This document shows positions 19,441 through 27,330 of a stretch of 64,000 bases of DNA, one piece after another. Position numbers and translations under genes: made by a program. The notes below the pieces were generated by a model. It was not told where the DNA came from and did not search any database. It was given only the letters and a program-made list of their open reading frames with translations. The stretch covers positions 22,927 through 86,926 of the forward strand of contig JAIOXO010000003.1 of NCBI GenBank assembly GCA_022396035.1, given 5' to 3'. Within the stretch, counting starts at the first letter, position 1. Each line of letters opens with the position of its first letter. The DNA is from Actinomycetes bacterium. GTDB lineage: Bacteria; Actinomycetota; Humimicrobiia; Humimicrobiales; Humimicrobiaceae.

Positions 19441-19984
19441 TAAAGGGATTGAACTTGATACCCCCCTGACTGAAGACAAAATCAAAAACTTGAGGGCAGG
19501 CGACATGGTACTTCTAACCGGCACCGTCTACGGTGCCCGGGATATGGCCCACCAGAGACTGATAACTACCATAAAAACAGGCCAGCAGCTGCCCCTGGAC
19601 CTGGAGAACTCCACTATATTTTATGTAGGCCCTTCCCCCGCCCCGCCCCATAGAGCCAGCGGGTCAGTAGGCCCAACCACCTCCGCCAGAATGGACAGCT
19701 TAACTGAACCCCTGCTAAAACAGGGACTGAGGGCAATGATAGGTAAGGGCAAACGCAGCCCGGCCTACCGCCGGCTTCTAAAAAAATACAGGGCGGTATA
19801 CATGGTGGCGGTGGGAGGAATTGCTGCCTGCCTGGGATTAAAAATTAAGAGCATAAAGCCTATAGCCTACCAGGATCTGGGGGCAGAGGCCATCTATGAA
19901 ATAAAGCTGGACCGTTTCCCCTTATTTGTAGCCTATGATGTATATGGCGGGGATATCTTTGCTGAAACCCTGCGCAAAGAATGA
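19430..19984 (+). CDS. Class-I Fe-S hydro-lyase beta subunit (fumarate hydratase / L(+)-tartrate dehydratase beta, FumB/TtdB-like)
   Basis: 184 aa. Pattern RAGDMVLLTGTVYGARDMAHQRL...GPTTSARMD is typical of the beta subunits. Confidence 0.8.
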   Translation: MTIDKGIELDTPLTEDKIKNLRAGDMVLLTGTVYGARDMAHQRLITTIKTGQQLPLDLENSTIFYVGPSPAPPHRASGSVGPTTSARMDSLTEPLLKQGLRAMIGKGKRSPAYRRLLKKYRAVYMVAVGGIAACLGLKIKSIKPIAYQDLGAEAIYEIKLDRFPLFVAYDVYGGDIFAETLRKE

Positions 19985-20799
19985 CATCCCAAAAATACAG
20001 CCACCGGCAGAGTAGCCATATGGCAGGGAGCTACCTCAATATTGCAGGCCAGGGCTGTAGTGTTGCCGCCCAGGCCCTGGGGTCCGATACCCAGGCTGTT
20101 TATCTTGCTTAGAATCTGCTGTTCCAGCTGCCGGTACCGGGGATCAGCATTTCTTATATCCAGATTCCTGAAGCTGGCCTTCCTGGCCAGTGAAGTAACC
20201 CCGGAAGCAGTGGACCCGATACCCAGGCCAATAATAACCGGGGGGCAGCACTTGGTAACATTTTCTTCTACTATACTTTTTACTTCCTCAATTATCGCCT
20301 CGGGGCCGGATGAAGGATTTAGCATCCTCAGATAGGAGCAATTCTCGCTTCCCCCTCCCTTCAGGTGTACCTCTACAGATATCCCCTGCCGGCCGGTAAA
20401 ACTGGTGCTGACTATGGCCGGGGTATTGGTGCCGGTATTTTTTCTGCCATAAAGAGGATCATCCACAATGGACTTCCTCAAATAATTACTGCTGTATGCA
20501 CTGGCAACCGCATCATTTAACTCCCGGTACAGGCGCCCGCTTTCTTCTATGCACACATCAGAGCCTATACCCAGACTTATATATACCGTACCGCAATCCT
20601 GACAAAGGGGAAGTTTTTCCTTCCTGGCTACCTGCTCATTTTCCAGTATGTATCCCAGTATCTTTTTGGCTACCGGGCTGGTCTCCGCAGCCAGCGAATG
20701 TTTGATGGCAGAAATTATATCCGGGGGCAGATTAAAGCTGGCCTCAGCTATCAGCTTTTCTACCTGCTTTTTTACGGTTGTAATTTTTATACTTTTCAT
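19933..20799 (-). CDS. Class-I Fe-S hydro-lyase alpha subunit (fumarate hydratase / tartrate dehydratase alpha, FumA/TtdA-like)
   Basis: 288 aa. N-terminus MKSIKI...LIAEASFNLPPDIISAIK...LPLCQDCG carries catalytic-domain Cys residues. It is convergent with the beta gene, and their 3' ends overlap. Confidence 0.8.
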   Translation of the reverse strand: MKSIKITTVKKQVEKLIAEASFNLPPDIISAIKHSLAAETSPVAKKILGYILENEQVARKEKLPLCQDCGTVYISLGIGSDVCIEESGRLYRELNDAVASAYSSNYLRKSIVDDPLYGRKNTGTNTPAIVSTSFTGRQGISVEVHLKGGGSENCSYLRMLNPSSGPEAIIEEVKSIVEENVTKCCPPVIIGLGIGSTASGVTSLARKASFRNLDIRNADPRYRQLEQQILSKINSLGIGPQGLGGNTTALACNIEVAPCHMATLPVAVFLGCHSLRRVSAKISPPYTS

Positions 20800-22822
20800 C
20801 TTTGGCCGGGCACTGGGGGTTTATGCATAGATTCCAGGGTCGCCGCCCCCTGTTTATAACCTTTACAATGGGAAAACCGCATTCCTTGCACTTATCCTTG
20901 GTAGTAAGTATAAGGCCTTTCTGGGGAAGAGAAAAGGTATTTCTGCATTGGGGATAGGCACTGCATCCAATAAATCTCTTCTTGTTTCTGCTGGTCCTTA
21001 TGATCAGGTCCCCATCGCAGTCATCCTGGGTACATTTTCCTACCTTCAGGTCTTCCTTTACCCCATTCTTTATTTCCTTGGCAATCTCTTCTTTTTCATT
21101 CTTCAGCCTGGCCATTACCTTTTTTAACATTTCCCTGGACTTATCCACTACCTCTTCCCTGGTTTCATCGCCGGCGGCTATCCCGTCCATATCCATTTCC
21201 AGCTCGGCAGTCATGTCCGGGCTGGATATTTTTTCAGCATGTTTTTTCAGCATCTTAATCACCGATATGGCTTTCTCGTAAGGCTCCAGGGGATTTCCCT
21301 TTATATAGCCCCTGCTGATCAGGCTCTGGATAATGGTATGCCTGGTGGCCTTGGTGCCCAGGCCCAGCTCCTCCATTTTCTCTACCAGCTTTCCCTGGGT
21401 ATACCTGGCCGGAGGCTTGGTTTCCTTATCCAGCATATGCTTGTTTTTAACCGTAAGTATCTGTCCCTCTTCAAGATGGGGGATAAAAGAATCCTTATGC
21501 TTGTAATAGGGATAGACATCCACCCATCCCTTTTCTATAAGGTGGCTGCCGTTGGCCACAAAAGTCTCTCCGCCTATATCAATCCTGGCAGATATGCTTT
21601 TCATTACTGCCGGAGGCATAAGAGTGGCCAGAAACCTGCTTACCACCAGTTCATATATTTTCCACTCATCGCTGGACAGGCTATTCTTTTCTGCCGGCAG
21701 TGTGGGGTAGATAGGGGGATGGTCGGTAGACCTCTTCCTGCCCCTGGTAGCAGTTACCTTATCCTGGGCCAGAATATGCGAGCAGGCGGATTTAAAATAG
21801 GAGGACTTGCCTATCTCCCTGGTAACTTCCGCCAGATCTATAGAGCTCGGAAATACTGTATTGTCGGTCCTGGGATAACTTATATATCCATTCATATACA
21901 GGTTTTCAGCAGTACTTATGGTCCGGTTAGCAGTAAAGCCAAGAGAACTGGCTGCTACTATCAAACCGGTGGTATTAAAAGGTATGGGAGGCTTAATCTT
22001 TTTTTGCCTCTCCTTTATCTGGGTAACCTCTCCCTGGCTGCCCATACGGTTGTAAGCTGCCTCTGCCTTCTCCCTCTTGCTGAATCTTTTCTGCCGGTGC
22101 CCCGCCTCAAATTCCTGGCCGTCTTCGGTGGACAGCAGCACCTTTATAACCCAGTAGGGTACCGGTTTAAATCTCTTTATCTGCTCTTCACGGTCCACTA
22201 TCAAAGTAAGGGTGGGAGTCTGTACCCTCCCTACCGATAAAAATTTATCTTTTACCTGATAAGAGGCAAGGGAAATAAACCGGGTCAGGGTGGCACCCCA
22301 TATAAGGTCTATGTCCTGCCTGGCCCTGCCGGCAAAAGCCAGATTCAGATCTACTCTATCCAGCTTGCCAAAAGATGAAGACAATTCCCGGGGGGTAATG
22401 GAAGAAAACTTGGCCCTCCTGGAATCAGCCTCCCCGTTTACCTCCTGGGCCAGAGTAAGGGCATCATAACCAATAAGCTCTCCCTCCCGGTCATAGTCAG
22501 TGGCCACGATTATCTGGTCAACCTCTTTGGCGGATTTCTTTAGCGCCTGTATGATCTTTTTCTGTATAGGCATCTTTTCTATCTCGGCATCTATAAGATC
22601 CATGGGATCTACCTTAAACCAGTTAGCATATTTCTTGGGAAAATCCACCTTCAGTATATGACCTTTCAGCCCGATAGTCCGGTAGTTTTGACCATCAAGG
22701 CCAAACAGGTAGGTAGGTATTCCATATACCTTTTCCTCTTTGGCTTTGCCGCCGGACAGAATGTCTGCCATTCTTCTGGCTGCTATTTCTTTTTCCGATA
22801 TTATAAGTTTCATTAAAATCAC
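20744..22822 (-). CDS. Type IA DNA topoisomerase (Toprim + topo IA core + C-terminal zinc ribbons)
   Basis: 692 aa. Toprim DYDREGE. Active-site region SYPRTDN. C-terminal Cys4 ribbons (CTQDDCDG...CSAYPQC, CKECGF). The N-terminal region differs from the canonical Bacillus-type TopA. Confidence 0.75.
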   Translation of the reverse strand: MILMKLIISEKEIAARRMADILSGGKAKEEKVYGIPTYLFGLDGQNYRTIGLKGHILKVDFPKKYANWFKVDPMDLIDAEIEKMPIQKKIIQALKKSAKEVDQIIVATDYDREGELIGYDALTLAQEVNGEADSRRAKFSSITPRELSSSFGKLDRVDLNLAFAGRARQDIDLIWGATLTRFISLASYQVKDKFLSVGRVQTPTLTLIVDREEQIKRFKPVPYWVIKVLLSTEDGQEFEAGHRQKRFSKREKAEAAYNRMGSQGEVTQIKERQKKIKPPIPFNTTGLIVAASSLGFTANRTISTAENLYMNGYISYPRTDNTVFPSSIDLAEVTREIGKSSYFKSACSHILAQDKVTATRGRKRSTDHPPIYPTLPAEKNSLSSDEWKIYELVVSRFLATLMPPAVMKSISARIDIGGETFVANGSHLIEKGWVDVYPYYKHKDSFIPHLEEGQILTVKNKHMLDKETKPPARYTQGKLVEKMEELGLGTKATRHTIIQSLISRGYIKGNPLEPYEKAISVIKMLKKHAEKISSPDMTAELEMDMDGIAAGDETREEVVDKSREMLKKVMARLKNEKEEIAKEIKNGVKEDLKVGKCTQDDCDGDLIIRTSRNKKRFIGCSAYPQCRNTFSLPQKGLILTTKDKCKECGFPIVKVINRGRRPWNLCINPQCPAKDEKYKNYNRKKAGRKADS

Positions 22823-22961
22823 CTTGAATTTGAAATAATATCACAAAAGGCGGGGGTAATGAAATAGCGGCAAAAATATTTATACAAACCCGGCCCTTTA
22901 TCTCCCGGGATAAAAAACATTTAATATTAAAGTAAATATTTGCATATTCAAATTTAGGCCA

Positions 22962-22988
22962 GGTTGTTCTAAAATAACAACTGTTGTT
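22962..22988. promoter_or_regulatory. Operator-like repeat GTTGTT-N7-AACAAC-T-GTTGTT just upstream of the nadA start, in the topA/nadA divergent region
   Basis: A perfect 6-1-6 inverted repeat AACAACtGTTGTT at 22976-22988, with an extra GTTGTT half-site at 22962-22967. Candidate NiaR/NadR-type operator. Confidence 0.25.
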
Positions 22989-23001
22989 TAGTAACCATAA
23001 T

Positions 23002-23922
23002 ATGATTATGAATACAAAATTAGAGCTTTCCACCCGGATAGCAAAACTTAAAAAAGAAAAGAATGCAGTCATACTTGCCCACAACTATCAGATAGGGGAA
23101 GTGCAGGATATAGCAGACTTTGTTGGTGACTCCCTTCAGTTAAGCATTAAGGCAGCTGAAACCAAGAGTGACATCATAGTATTCTGCGGAGTAAAATTTA
23201 TGGCCGAGACAGCCAAGATACTGTCTCCGGAAAGAATGGTGCTGCTGCCCGACCAGTACAGCGGATGCCCCATGGCAGATATGATTAATGCCGGGCAGTT
23301 AAAAGAGCTCAAGCAGAAATATCCGAAAGCAGTAGTAGTCTGTTATGTAAATTCTACTGCCGAGGTAAAAGCCTTAAGCGACATATGCTGCACCTCTTCC
23401 AATGCAGTAAAGGTAATTAATTCAATCGATAAACATAAACAAATAATTTTTATCCCCGACAAGTACCTGGGCAGCTATGTCCAGAGAAAAACCGGCAGGG
23501 AAATGGTGCTGTGGAACGGTTATTGCCCCACCCATGTCTCCATAAGCGCCAAACATATAGTGCAGCTTAAAAAAGAGCATCTGGATGCAGCGGTGATAGT
23601 GCATCCTGAGGCTCCTCCCGATGTTATAGATGTAGCCGACAAGGTAGCCAGCACCGGAGGCATGCTGGATTATGTAAAGAATTCATCCAGGAAAGAATTT
23701 ATAATAGGGACAGAAACCGGAATCATTCACCGCATGAAAAAAGAAAACCCCAAAAAGATATTCTATCCTGCCTCTCCTAAAAGCATATGCCCCAATATGA
23801 AACTGATTAACCTGGAAAAAATTTACTGGGCGCTGGAAGAGCAGCAGTACCAGATTAAGCTGAGCAGGGACATAATAGAGAAAGCCAGGGGAGCCATAGA
23901 CAGGATGCTGGCTGTAAGCTAA
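23002..23922 (+). CDS. nadA: Quinolinate synthase
   Basis: About 306 aa from the first ATG. The ORF track begins at an upstream TTG, 22984. Sequence KNAVILAHNYQ...CPTHVS. Confidence 0.9.
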   Translation: MIMNTKLELSTRIAKLKKEKNAVILAHNYQIGEVQDIADFVGDSLQLSIKAAETKSDIIVFCGVKFMAETAKILSPERMVLLPDQYSGCPMADMINAGQLKELKQKYPKAVVVCYVNSTAEVKALSDICCTSSNAVKVINSIDKHKQIIFIPDKYLGSYVQRKTGREMVLWNGYCPTHVSISAKHIVQLKKEHLDAAVIVHPEAPPDVIDVADKVASTGGMLDYVKNSSRKEFIIGTETGIIHRMKKENPKKIFYPASPKSICPNMKLINLEKIYWALEEQQYQIKLSRDIIEKARGAIDRMLAVS

Positions 23923-23926
23923 TAAT

Positions 23927-25558
23927 ATGATACCAAGATATTTAATAGATCCCACAGGCTGTGATAAGCAGGCAGACCACTGTGACTGCATAGTCATAGG
24001 CAGCGGTATTGCCGGGCTTTCTACTGCCATAAGGCTGTCTGAAAAACACCGGGTTAAGGTACTGACCAAAAGCTCATTATCCGAATCCACTACCTGGTAT
24101 GCCCAGGGGGGGATAGCAGCAGCCATAAAAAAACCGGACTTCTGGAAAAACCATTACCAGGATACCATAGTGGCAGGACAGGGCCTGTGTGACCCGGAAG
24201 CAGTTAAGATACTGGTAAAAAATGCCCCCAAAATGATTGAGAAACTGGTAGAGCTGGGAATAATTTTTGATATTTCGGAAGGAGAAATAAGCCTTACCAC
24301 CGAGGGCGGCCACAGCTATCCCCGTATACTGCATGCCGGTGGAGACGCTACCGGCGAAGAGATAGAAAAAAAGCTGGTAAAGTATTCCAAGACCGCCAAT
24401 AACATAGAGTTTTTTCCCGATTACCTGGCTGTAGATATACTTGCCCATAATAATCAGTGCACCGGAGTGCTGGGCCTTAACCTGAAAACCGGGGAGCTGC
24501 AGATACACCCTGCCTCCTTTGTGGTGCTGGCCAGCGGAGGGATCGGACAGGTCTTTGAACTTACCACCAACCCGGATATTTCCACCGGAGACGGCATTGC
24601 CATGGCCTACCGGGCAGGAGCATCCATAATGGATATTGAATTTATCCAGTTCCACCCCACCGTATTTAAAACCAGGGATGAAGAACTTTTTCTGATAAGT
24701 GAAGCCTTAAGGGGCGAAGGCGCTTATCTGAGAGACTGTAATGGCCACCGGTTTATGTTAAATCAGCACCATCTGGCCGAGCTGGCGCCCCGGGATATAG
24801 TGGTAAAAGAAATGGTCAGGGTTATGAATGAAACCAGGTGTAATTTTGTATACCTGGATGCAACCCACTTGCCGGCCACCACTTTGAAAGTAAGGTTTCC
24901 CAATATACTGTATAAACTTAAGGAAAACGGCCTGGACCTTAAACAGGATTTAATAAAAGTGTCCCCTGCCGCCCATTACATGAATGGAGGAGTAAAAACC
25001 AATTATCAGGGACTTACCACCATAGACCGGCTCTATTCATGCGGCGAAGTAGCGGCCACCGGCGCCCATGGGGCAAACCGGCTGGCCTCTAATTCACTGA
25101 TAGAAGGCCTGGTTTACGGCTGGAATATATATAAAGAAATAGACCACCGGCTAAAAACTGACCCCGGGGATGGCATCGATACCCTTTTTGATACCTTTGA
25201 CTCCATACCAGAAGGCAAACAAGACCTGGACATTGAAAAAACTAAAAGCCAGCTCAGACAGATAATGAGCCAAAAGGCAGGAATACTGAGAGATGCCAAA
25301 GGACTTTCAGAAGCAGCCGGGTTTGTGCAAAAATTTTTAACTAACCCTTCCCTTTATAATAATAAGGATAAATCAAGCATTGAGCTGGCCAATATGCTTA
25401 TTGTATCCCACCTTATAACCAAGGCGGCAGCCATAAGAAAAGAAAGCAGGGGAACCCATCAGCGAAATGATTTCCCCCAAACAGATGATAACAACTGGCG
25501 GAAACATATACTGCTGCAAAAAGACAAAATATTATTCCAAGAGGTAAAAAATGATTAG
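23927..25558 (+). CDS. nadB: L-aspartate oxidase
   Basis: 543 aa. FAD motif VIGSGIAGLSTA. Succinate dehydrogenase / fumarate reductase flavoprotein fold. Confidence 0.9.
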   Translation: MIPRYLIDPTGCDKQADHCDCIVIGSGIAGLSTAIRLSEKHRVKVLTKSSLSESTTWYAQGGIAAAIKKPDFWKNHYQDTIVAGQGLCDPEAVKILVKNAPKMIEKLVELGIIFDISEGEISLTTEGGHSYPRILHAGGDATGEEIEKKLVKYSKTANNIEFFPDYLAVDILAHNNQCTGVLGLNLKTGELQIHPASFVVLASGGIGQVFELTTNPDISTGDGIAMAYRAGASIMDIEFIQFHPTVFKTRDEELFLISEALRGEGAYLRDCNGHRFMLNQHHLAELAPRDIVVKEMVRVMNETRCNFVYLDATHLPATTLKVRFPNILYKLKENGLDLKQDLIKVSPAAHYMNGGVKTNYQGLTTIDRLYSCGEVAATGAHGANRLASNSLIEGLVYGWNIYKEIDHRLKTDPGDGIDTLFDTFDSIPEGKQDLDIEKTKSQLRQIMSQKAGILRDAKGLSEAAGFVQKFLTNPSLYNNKDKSSIELANMLIVSHLITKAAAIRKESRGTHQRNDFPQTDDNNWRKHILLQKDKILFQEVKND

Positions 25559-26408
25559 CCTGAAAAAAAGCCAGGTTATGGATCTCATCCGCAGGACCCT
25601 GTCCGAAGACCTGGCAGGATTTGGTGATATAACTTCCAAATATCTTTTGCCCTCCGACCATCACAGCCAGGCCTATATCTGGTGCAAGCAGGATACGGCG
25701 GTTCTCTGCGGCATAAACATTGCAGGCTGGCTGATGGAGGAAGTAGACAGCAGTATTAAGCTTAATAAGATTAAAGAAGACGGGGATATGGTTTCCCGCC
25801 GCCAGAAAGTAGCTACCCTCAGCGGGCCTACTGCGTCCCTTCTTGCTGCAGAAAGGTCTGCCTTGAATTTTATACAGCATCTTTCAGGCATTGCTACCAT
25901 AACCAAAAAATTTTCTACCCTTGCCTCTGCCCGGGGAGTCAAGATTGTGGATACCAGAAAAACTAAGCCCAACCTCAGACTGGTGGAAAAATACGCCGTA
26001 GAGATCGGAGGAGGCTATAACCACAGGTTCGGTCTTTTTGACGGGATAATGCTAAAAGACAACCATATCCGTGCAGCAGGCGGCATTGTAGAGGCAGTAA
26101 AAGCCATAAAGGGCAGTATCCCCCATCCTTTAAAAATTGAAGTAGAGGTACAGGACAGCAGCCAGCTCCAACAGGCTATAGCTGCACAGGCAGACATCAT
26201 AATGCTGGATAATATGAACCCGGACCAGATAGAGGAATCAGTAAAAAAAATCAGGTCAGAAGCTAATAAAAATACATTAATCGAGGTATCAGGAAATATA
26301 ACCCTTAATAATCTGGAAGACTACTGCAGTACCGGCATTGATTTGATTTCCACCGGATACATAACCCATTCTGCTCCGGCAGCCGATTTTTCCATGGAAT
26401 TTGTCTAG
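25551..26408 (+). CDS. nadC: Nicotinate-nucleotide pyrophosphorylase (carboxylating)
   Basis: 285 aa. QPRTase family. Overlaps nadB by 8 nt. Confidence 0.9.
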   Translation: MISLKKSQVMDLIRRTLSEDLAGFGDITSKYLLPSDHHSQAYIWCKQDTAVLCGINIAGWLMEEVDSSIKLNKIKEDGDMVSRRQKVATLSGPTASLLAAERSALNFIQHLSGIATITKKFSTLASARGVKIVDTRKTKPNLRLVEKYAVEIGGGYNHRFGLFDGIMLKDNHIRAAGGIVEAVKAIKGSIPHPLKIEVEVQDSSQLQQAIAAQADIIMLDNMNPDQIEESVKKIRSEANKNTLIEVSGNITLNNLEDYCSTGIDLISTGYITHSAPAADFSMEFV

Positions 26409-26409
26409 A

Positions 26410-27288
26410 TTATTTCAGGCCCAGTTTCTGCTTAAGTTCAGGAACCTTTTCCCGGGCAGCAATACATCCCTTTTCTATAATCTCTGAACCCTTGGTAAAA
26501 TCAAAAAAGCCGTATTCCCCTACTTTTGGCTCTATGACTATATCCGTATACTTATAGTAATTCTTAGCCATTTCCCGCTGTATGATATTAAAACTGGTAT
26601 TCAGGATCTCATAGGTGGTAGGAAATTTTCTCTTTTTCCTTAGATTAAACACTCTCCTGAAAAACCCCATTGCCCTGCTCTCAGATTCATAATCGGTAAG
26701 CTTTTTATAATACTGGGATGAATCTTTAACCTGGTCAAGCACAATGGATACCCCTATGGTAAAATCTACATCAAATATGCCAATTGCTTCCGCCGGAAGG
26801 GGCTCGATTACTCCCCCGTCCACCAGAACCATTCCATCAAAGATTACCGGAGAAAAAAAACCGGGAATAGATATGGAAGCCCTTACTGCATCCACCAGCC
26901 CGCCCTGTGATAAAATCACCCTCTTCTGGCTCAGCATATCTACGGCTGTACAACAAAACTGTGGCCGGCACTGATCAAAAGTCCTTGTCCCCAGAAAATC
27001 TTTCAGTATTTTCTCTACCTTTTTCCCATTAACCATTCCCATGCGGGGAAGGGTTATATCTGAAAACATCAGCATGCTGCGCCAGTCCATTTCTTTGACG
27101 AAATCCTCAATATCCTCCAGGGGCACTCCCGAACAGTATAATGAGCCAATAATTGCGCCCATGCTGGTACCGCTGACTGCTGAAATATCTAAATCCAGCT
27201 GGGTTAGAACCTTTAGTACCCCCACATGGCATAGAGCCCGGGCAGCTCCCCCGCAGAGCGCTAAACCTATTTTCTTCTTCTTAAACAT
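26410..27288 (-). CDS. Patatin-like phospholipase family protein
   Basis: 292 aa. Oxyanion-hole GGAARALCHVG and GTSMG (GxSxG) nucleophile motif. A DG dyad is present. Confidence 0.8.
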   Translation of the reverse strand: MFKKKKIGLALCGGAARALCHVGVLKVLTQLDLDISAVSGTSMGAIIGSLYCSGVPLEDIEDFVKEMDWRSMLMFSDITLPRMGMVNGKKVEKILKDFLGTRTFDQCRPQFCCTAVDMLSQKRVILSQGGLVDAVRASISIPGFFSPVIFDGMVLVDGGVIEPLPAEAIGIFDVDFTIGVSIVLDQVKDSSQYYKKLTDYESESRAMGFFRRVFNLRKKRKFPTTYEILNTSFNIIQREMAKNYYKYTDIVIEPKVGEYGFFDFTKGSEIIEKGCIAAREKVPELKQKLGLK

Positions 27289-27330
27289 TACAGCTAAATT
27301 ATAATCCCAAAAACATTTTTTATAAATGTT

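Noticed and set aside
26410-27288. Patatin as a CBASS CapV-type effector
   Set aside because: No CD-NTase (cGAS/DncV-like nucleotidyltransferase), E1/E2 or HORMA genes are nearby. The patatin's length and motifs fit housekeeping YlbK/RssA-type proteins. It is kept only as a low-interest note in the findings.
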